Source of the DNA: Azolla caroliniana
Lineage: Eukaryota > Plantae > Polypodiophyta
Direction: 5' to 3'
Length of the DNA: 64,000 nucleotides
Assembly: GCA_043228905.1 (NCBI GenBank)
Contig: JBHGNT010000018.1
Coordinates: 8,308,001 to 8,372,000, forward strand
Shown here piece after piece: positions 56,101 through 64,000 of this stretch. How positions within the stretch are numbered: the first letter of the stretch is position 1; every line of letters starts with the position of its first letter. The position numbers and the translations under genes were made by a program. Under the pieces are notes generated by a model that had not been told where the DNA came from, ran no database searches, and saw only the letters and a list, made by a program, of their open reading frames with translations.

Positions 56101-59100
56101 TTTCTTCCTTCGGCAATTCCTTTGCAACATTTACTGGTCGGGGCTTGTCTGTTGTGCCGAGGTCCACCTCCTCGAGTTGGGATGCTTTTACCCTCTGGGA
56201 TATCGTCATTTCCCTCTCTAGGGATTCCTGCGCTTGTCGTAGTTCCCAGATCGCCGCTTGGTCCGGTTCATCCGGCGTCGTAATGTACGGTTCTACTGCC
56301 GCCGTGATATCCACCTCAAATAGTGGGACGATTCGTGGGTGTTCCTCGAGGTACCGCTCGACTTCCTCGTCCGGTAATCCCTCCAACATGTTAATGCTTT
56401 CCGCATACAATGGAGTTGCTTCCTTACTGGTGATCACCCGTGGTTGCGTCGTTACTCGTACCTTTGTTTTCCCTCGCCGGAATGTGATCATGTTCTTTTG
56501 CCAGTTCTGCTTGATATGCGCCGTTCGCAGCCATGGTCGTCCTAGCAGTAGGGGGTACGCGCCTTGTACATTCAGCTGCAGCACCACGGCCGATATCCGG
56601 AATACGTGGCCTCCGATCGTGATTTCCAAATCCCGGATAAGCCCGGTCGGTCGGACTGAGCTAGTATCCGCCATGCGTAACCAGAAGGGGCATGGTTCCC
56701 ATTCCCGGATGCCCAGGTCGTTGCATGTCTGTTGGCTGATGACATTTACCCCGGAGCCTCCGTCAATAATCGTTCCAGCAATTTCCTTTCCTTTCACGAT
56801 TGTCGTGATTGCCGGGCTACTTGTATCGACCACCGCTGGTCCTTCCTCCGGGTTGGAGAAGAATGTCGGTGCTGGCGTCGGCTTCGGTTTGCTGACGGAT
56901 GCATGTAGGTCTGCCGTAAATCGTGGCACTAACTGTAGTAGTCGTGCTAATGGCAGCACGATTTGACAGTCCTGTAGCGCTTGCCACGTCGGGTTCTCGC
57001 CTGGCTGTATGATTTCTTCGTCTTTTGGCATATTTTGGTCTCTTACTTCTGCCGCATTCTGTTCCTTGATCCATTGTGTCGCTTGTTTTCTGATTGCCTC
57101 CTGGGCCTCCCACTCGGCGGTCTTTCCCTTTGACCGGGTTGTGACCTGCTGTACTTCTGTTATTTCGGCTGTAACCATGTTGACTTCCGGCTGCTTGTCA
57201 TAGCTTTTGCTTGGGCATTGGTTACTATAGTGGCCTTCCTTGCGGCAGTAATAACAGTACACCTTGTGACTGTTGCTCGTTTCTCCTTTGTCCCCGGTTT
57301 GGAGGGTGGGTATGCTCCGGCGGTCGTCTTCGGTTTTTCGGTTATCCGGTACGGATACCGGGTTGTCATTCCTTGCTGCCTCCCGATGTTCCTCTCTTCG
57401 GAAAAATCCACACTTCTGATTCCGTCGGAAATTTCGGTTCCCTTGTCGCCTCTCTTCTCCGCGTCGGTCGTATTCCGGGGCTCCGTCTCGGTCGTACCGG
57501 TCCCGGGGGTAGCTTTCTTTGCGTCTCTCCTCTCGGTCATAGTTGTCACGTCTTCTATCAGCGTATCCTTGTCGCCTCTCTTCTCCACGTCTGTCGTCTT
57601 CCGGGGATTCGTCTCTGTCATACCGGTCCCGGGGGTAGCTATCTCTGCGTCTCTCCTCTCGGTCATAGTTGTCGCGTCTTCTATCAGCGTATCTGTTACC
57701 GCGTTCGCGTTGGTAGCGGTCGTCTCTCCGGAATCGATCCTCGTCCGGGTTTTGATTGCGCGGTTCTATGTGTCGAACCGGTGCTGCCTGCCGATTTAAC
57801 AGGTTGTATTCGCATCGGTCCGTTGTATGGACTCGAGAGTTGCAGATCACACATTGTGTCCGCAGGGTGCAGTCTACTGTTGAGTGCCCCGAATTTAGGC
57901 ATGTTGTACATTGTAAGGCCTGTCGGAACCTCAGGTCTTCCTCTTTTGGGAGTGCCCAGTGTAACATCCCCATTGACAAGAAGGGGCTAGTCTTGTCCAT
58001 TTCTAAAACCCGATCAATAACTTGGTCCATTGTGCTGGTTTGGAAATCAAGGACTCCGCACATTGTTCGAAGTGGCTCTTTCAGTGCAGCCAGAAAGACT
58101 GCTTTGGCTTCGTCTTCGGGTGGTGCTCTTGTCAGTTGGCTGTGCAGGGTCTGGAACCGAATGATGAATTGTGGCATCGTCTCGTTCTGTTCCTGCCGGG
58201 TGGTGTAGAACTGCCCGACCAATTCCCTTTGCTCAAATTGTCTGTGAAAAAACCTGAGGAATCTGGCCTTCAAGGCATCGAATGTGGCAAAGGTGCCTGG
58301 TAAGTGCTTTGCGTGCCATTGGGCCGCCGGTCCTTCTAAGGTTATGCCGAATTCGGCGATTTTGGATCGTTCGGCTTCGGTCTCCGTCAGTCTTTGGGAG
58401 ATATGGTTGGCTTCCCATGTTTGGAGGAATGCGTACACGTGTGCCTCCGCGTCGGCCTCATCCCGGTACTTTGGGTATGGGTACGGCATCGTGTCGTCCA
58501 ACTGACTCTCCTGTTCCCTCCGTTCTCTGTCCGTTGTTGGCGTTGGTGTGAGAACCTTTGGTTCCTCCGCGGGTGTTGCCGGTGTCCGGTCCGTTGGTTC
58601 CTCCGCGGGTGTTGTCGGTATCCGCTCCTTCGGTTCCCTCGCGGTTGTTGTTGGTATCCGGTCAGCCTTCCTCGGCGGTTGCCGGTCACCAAATTCCAGG
58701 GTTATTTCTTCCTCCGGCGCTGGTGTTACTGAGTCTTCCGACCCCTCGTCCTCCCGGTCGTTTGGTGTGTCGTGGCTGCTTTTATACCGGGATGCAACGC
58801 TTCCGTCGCTTTCCGACTCCGCCTCAAGTGTTGCGAATGCTTCCGAGTCCCCGTCGCCCGTGGCGAGCGTCTGCAGTATCGTTTCTGCCTCTTGCAGGCT
58901 TGTTATGCTACTGCCTTCGTCGGGGATTTGCAGAACCCAGAACTGCAGTGCTTCTTCTGCGACTCTCCGAAGAGTTTGGGAGAATGACCGATCCCGCCGG
59001 ATCTCGTCGACGGCTTGCTGCAGGGCTTCCCGTCGTTGCTCGCGTTCGGTGTATCGTCTCCCTCGTTCGGTGATGTGGTCGTCGTTTGGTCTAGACAAGG

Positions 59101-59104
59101 TCAT
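53199..59104 (-). pseudogene. Gypsy gag-pol in three pieces (55271-59104, 54396-55274, 53199-54356)
   Basis: CYYCRKEGHYSNQC, IIDGGSGVN, FGLKTAPATFQR, FLDD, VDASD, WGLDFVGP, WTGPF; frameshift near 55275 and stop at ~54396; a ~126-bp tandem duplication in gag at ~57440-57695. Confidence 0.93.
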
Positions 59105-61690
59105 GGGCTCAAATCCTTTTAAAGTTATACTATGCTATATCATCACACTACCCCCCCTCCCCCTTAAGACGATGAATATTACGAGTCTTCTGAGATTGAG
59201 GACCTGGTTTGTCAAGGTATAGTCAATCGAAGTCCTCAATAAGAGCTCGAGCATTTGCTACATTCTCGACAGGTCCCAAGTACGCTTGCTTGGACTATAG
59301 CCTAGCCAATCGACCAAATAGTAGAGCTTGTTGTGAACAATCTTGGAATCTAGGATGGCAGCAACTTCGTACTCCGGTCCTGCTTCAAGCTTGATCAGGG
59401 GTGGAGGTGGTGTAATATTATTCCGAATAGTGTTGTCTTGATAAGATTCAAGAAGAGAACTATGAAAAAACAGATGTATCCGTAGTTGTGGACGTAGATC
59501 GAGACGAAAAGTGACATCATTAATTTTTCTGATAATACGGGAAGGACCTAATCATCGATAATCCAATTTATTGCATGGGCGATTAGTCTTAATGTGATGT
59601 CATAATAGCCATACTTGATCTGGATGGAAGCCGATGGCGATCCGCATAATCCTTTTGTGTTTGTTGAGCTTGATGTAAATGAGTAGATAGGTCTGCATGT
59701 ATCTTGCATAACCACTCCAAATGATCCTCTGCATGAGGGTTTGTGGGTAACTCCAGAGTTTTGAATACACACCACCGAGGATGATAGCCTATATAAGCAT
59801 AAAATGGTGTAACCCTAGTCGATGAGTGGATAGAGTTATTATACACAAATTCGGTAAAGTGGAGAATATCCGCCCAATCGTCTTGTTGATAGCTTAGAAA
59901 ACACCAAAGATTTTGTTCCAGCATTTGATTTGTTCATTCTGCTTGTTCATCTATTTGAGGGTGATAACCAGAGGAGAGGTTACATGTGACCTTGAGCATT
60001 TTGAAGAGATGCTTCCAGAATTTCGAGACGAATTGGGGTCCACGGTCGCTGATGATACTATCTGGGAGGCCATGATGTCAAAATACCTCACGCATGACAG
60101 TTTCAGCGGTTTCTTCGCCAGTGATTTCCTTAGTACAAGCAAGAAATGTGCGATCTTAGTATATCAATCTATTATTGTTAAGATCACGTCGAATCCCTTT
60201 GAAATTGGAAGATTTGTGATAAAATCTAGAGAAATGGATTGCCACGGCTTGCTTGGAATTGGTAATAGTTCCAATAAACCATATGGATGATGTCATTGCA
60301 TCTTTTCTTGCAACATGTGTCACATGTCTGAAAATAGTCTTCTACAAATCGTCACATATGAGGCCACCAGAATGATCGTTGTACTAAATCCAACGTTTTA
60401 GTACTACGAAAATGCCGAGTTGTATATGTGTCATGACAATTTTTCACTACTTGAAGGCAACAAGAACCATTAGGAACATACAAGTGTTTCTTAAAAAATA
60501 GTAATCCATCATGTCATTCAAATTATCGATAGTATGTACCTGGTTGTTGCGATTGTGAACAAGATGCTCGAAGGGATCAATTTGAGCTAGAATGGCTTGA
60601 GCGAAAACGTCTGTCTTCAAGTCTTCAGGTATGGTATCGATAATGTGGAAATGCAATGGCGTGTCAAAAACCCATCTTGCTTGCAGTCGTGCTGGACCCA
60701 AGATTACTTGCTTTTGATTATCAATTGCTAGATCACCGGGAAAAGGTACTAGATACGAGCACCGCGATAACCCATCTGCCTTCCCTTGCTGCTTCCCAGG
60801 ACGATATGTAATCTTGAAGTTGAAACGAGTGAGGAATTGGGCCCACCGAGCTTGACGTCGATTTAATACATGAGCATTCTGGAAGTAGGCAAGATTTTTG
60901 TTATCCCTGAATACGGTGACTTGATGAGAAGATACCTCTAAAAATGCCTCCATTGTGTAAAAGAGTGGACCACTATTGCTAATAGCTCCTTGTCATGTAT
61001 TTCATAGTTGATTTCGGCAACGTCAAACTAGTGTGAGTGGAAAGCCACATGATGTAGCTTTTTATCATCGCCTTGTTGGGACAGAATGCTACCAAGGGTG
61101 AAATCCGATGCGTTTGCCTCCATGATGAACAATTTTTTCGGATCAACATGAGCTAGAATAGGAGTTGATGTAAATGCTTTCTTAAGACTCACAAAAGCTT
61201 GTCCGCTACCTTAAACCAAACAAATGGTTGCCCCTTCTTGGTAAGTTGTGTGAGAGGCAAAAGAAGCTTTGAGTAATCCTGTATAAACTTGCGGTAGAAA
61301 TTTGCGAAGCCTAAAAAATATTGCACATCTCGCAACAAACGTGGACCATGTTCTCGAAGTAGTTTTAGTACTAATAGTACATGAGAATCATGCTCTTCTT
61401 GAGTATTCGAATAAACTAGTAGATCATCCAAATAGATCATCAAACAGATATCCAAGAGATCTTGGAGTATATCATTTTCCATATGTTGGAAGACTATTGG
61501 GGCATTGGTGAGACCAAATGTCATAACCGTATATACTCGAAGTGCCCATATTGGATGCGAAATGCGTTCTTCCATTCATCTCCCGGTTGGATCCGTACGA
61601 GGTTATATGCTCCTTGTAAATCGATATTTGTGAAGAACTTTGCATCATTAATCCATTCTCTTGTTCTCCAATCTATGTCTCCAATTTTCT
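59101..61690 (-). mobile_element. Degenerate chromovirus (Tcn1-like) Gypsy fragment with chromodomain
   Basis: LTR stub ending catcaca at 59147; PPT 59148-59165; chromodomain EYEVAAILDSKIVHNKLYYLVDWLGYSPSKRTW (~59270-59375); integrase, RNase H and RT (YLDD) remnants. Confidence 0.88.
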
Positions 61691-61845
61691 TGTAATTTGA
61701 ACCATGGTAACCCCAAGAAAATTGGATGCTCTGGACTACTAATTATATTAAATAATACTACACACACCAAATTATCTAGGACAACCTGAATCAGCTCTGA
61801 ATCCTCTATGATATTTCCGGAAGCAATGGAACAACCATCAATGAT

Positions 61846-64000
61846 TGTTGAGAAACAAGCTCAACAAATGTATGTGATGCATATTGGTAAGTGAGATCTT
61901 CTATAGTAGCTATTGGGAAATTAGCTACTATTAGGCATGTGGGTAAAACAACTATTTAGCTACTCGCAGTTATTTAGTTTTTCACAACTAATTAGCTACT
62001 CACAGCTAATTAGCTGCATAAATAAGTCACTTATAACTTAGGTAAAAAAAGTAGGAGTAGAGAGTAGTAAGTTGTAGTTGTAAGAGGAGAAGGAAATATA
62101 CGAGAGAGGTTCTCTCTTTATAATGAAATAGAAGCTTTTGGTTTTGCTACAGAGGTAAGTCTCCTTCCCCCTTCCTTTTCTGTCTTCAGCACATTAAAAG
62201 ATCTAGCACATCATGATCCGTTGTGCACAAAGACGAGCCGAAGCACCTTCGTAATATGGTATCAGAGCAGAGTTGCTCGTAAAGAAGATTAAAGCAGTAC
62301 AGATCTCAGAAGTTTGGTTTTGGTTGCTGATCTGAATCAGAGAGTTGTCTGTGAAGTTAATCGTAGCAAAAGCCTAATTGAAAAAGAGAATGGTTGTTGA
62401 GAATGGAAGCCAAATCGTCATAGAAAAGTTGGATAAAAACAATTTCCCATTGTGGAAATTTAGAATCACAAATTTCCTAATGGGAAAAGGATATTGGGAC
62501 TACATTGAAGGAGACCTAGAAGAGGCTCCAGAGATCCCTGAAGAAAATGCAATTACTGCACAGATTAAAACATTTAAGGAATGGAATGAAGGGGCAAGGA
62601 AAGTATTGCATTGGCTCTCACTTTGCATCTCGGATTCGATGCTTGGACACATACAGGATGCCATGATTCCAAAAGAATCTTGGGATAGTTTAGTAACACT
62701 ATTTGCAATGAACACAAAGGCTAGAAAACTTCAGTTGAAGACTGAGCTAAATACCTTGGATAAAGGTAAGATGTCAATGAATGAGTATGCTCTGAAAATA
62801 AAGAGCATATGTGAACCACTTGTTTCTATTAATGTGAACGTAGAAGATGATGATAAGGTGGAAATATGCTTAAGACGCTTAGGACTTCAATATAAAAGCT
62901 TCAAAACATCTATTCTCACAAGGGATAGCATCCCATGTTTTCAGATCTGGTTTCAATGCTTGTAGTGGAAGAAAGAAATTAGATGGATGATGTAAACAAA
63001 GGAAACTTTGAGACTGAGGGGCAAGCCCTCTACAATAGTGATGGAAGAGGTCGAGGAAGAGGCCATGGAAGATTTGGTTCAGCTAGAACCAACAACAATT
63101 ATCAAGGAAGAGGACAGCAGGCAATAAGTGGAAGAAATAACATCAAAGGCAAGGTCAGCAATCGAGGTAGAGGTAAGAAAACTTATTTGAATGATGATGG
63201 TTGTTGGTATTGTGGAAAACCATGACATACATAGGTTGAATGCTTTCAAAAGCAAAATGATGAAAAAAGAAGGAAGAGACTACAAAATAATTATGCTTCA
63301 ACTAGTGAAGACTATAATGAAGATGGTGCATTTGTGATGCAACATGAAACAACAGCAATGGCTGAATGTTCACAAAGATGTAATGAAGAGTTTTATGTGG
63401 TATGTAGATTTTGGGGCATCTAATCATATGACAGGACATGCAAATTGGTTTGAAAGTTTAAGAGAACCAGATATTCCTAGTTATATACAAACAGGTGATA
63501 ACACCACTCATACAATCGAGCATGTTGGAGATATCCCATTGTGGGAAGAAAAAGGGAAAACAAAGTATATGTTGAATGTGATGCATGTTCCAAACCTTGC
63601 AAAAATTTGATTTCCGTTGGACAATTAGTAGAGCAAGGAATGCAAGTTAAGTTTAAGCAAAGTGGATGCTTTATAAAGAAACAGGGAAAGCTTATTGCAA
63701 AAGGAAAATGACAAGGAAGGATGTTTGTGTTAGATGTGGATATGCCTAAAATGATTACAACCATGTTTGTAGAAGGAATGAGTGTAATCTCATATGTGGA
63801 AATGTGGCATAAAAGAATCGGTCACATAAGTATGCAAACCTTGAAAAATATGTCGAGGAAAAATACAGGGGTTGGACTGCTTAAGTTGAAAGACTGTGAG
63901 ATGAGCAAAATATGTAAAGCATACCAATATGGAAAGTAAAACAGGTTACCTTTCCCTCATGAAAGACATGTAAGCAAAAAAAAATTGGATTCGGTACATA
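61846..64000 (+). mobile_element. 5' part of a degenerate Copia (runs off the window)
   Basis: LTR 61846-62256; PBS tggtatcagagc 62257-62268; gag (IEKLDKNNF...), CWYCGKP, protease WYVDFGASNHMT, WHKRIGH. Confidence 0.92.

Larger units (their letters stand above)
49378..59100 (-). mobile_element. Non-chromovirus (Athila/Tat-related) Gypsy with a large extra 3' ORF; 5' LTR missing
   Basis: LTR 49378-49763 (tgttg...caaca); gag-protease-RT, RNase H, integrase, then extra ORF(s); joins another element's LTR at ~59100. Confidence 0.9.

Overview
Eukaryotic, plant-type repeat landscape with no intact host gene; the Tcn1-like chromovirus and tRNA-Trp-primed Gypsy elements suggest a non-seed land plant (inference). 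Almost all of it is nested LTR retrotransposons: five Copia elements (one intact and very young, 31140-36468) plus two remnants, three tRNA-Trp-primed Gypsy elements, a non-chromovirus Gypsy with a large extra 3' ORF, and a chromovirus fragment. The standout is a 6.4-kb DNA transposon (7110-13533) with 34-bp TIRs. It carries a Sola-like transposase and, divergently, a five-exon spliced gene for a prokaryote-type beta-class amino (N6-adenine/N4-cytosine) DNA methyltransferase, whose first intron holds a 51-bp-period array of CG/TCGA-rich palindromes. A second oddity is an LTR family that has a PBS-like motif in inverted orientation where the polypurine tract should be. All coordinates were read by eye and may be off by a few bases; family names come from recalled motifs, not database searches.
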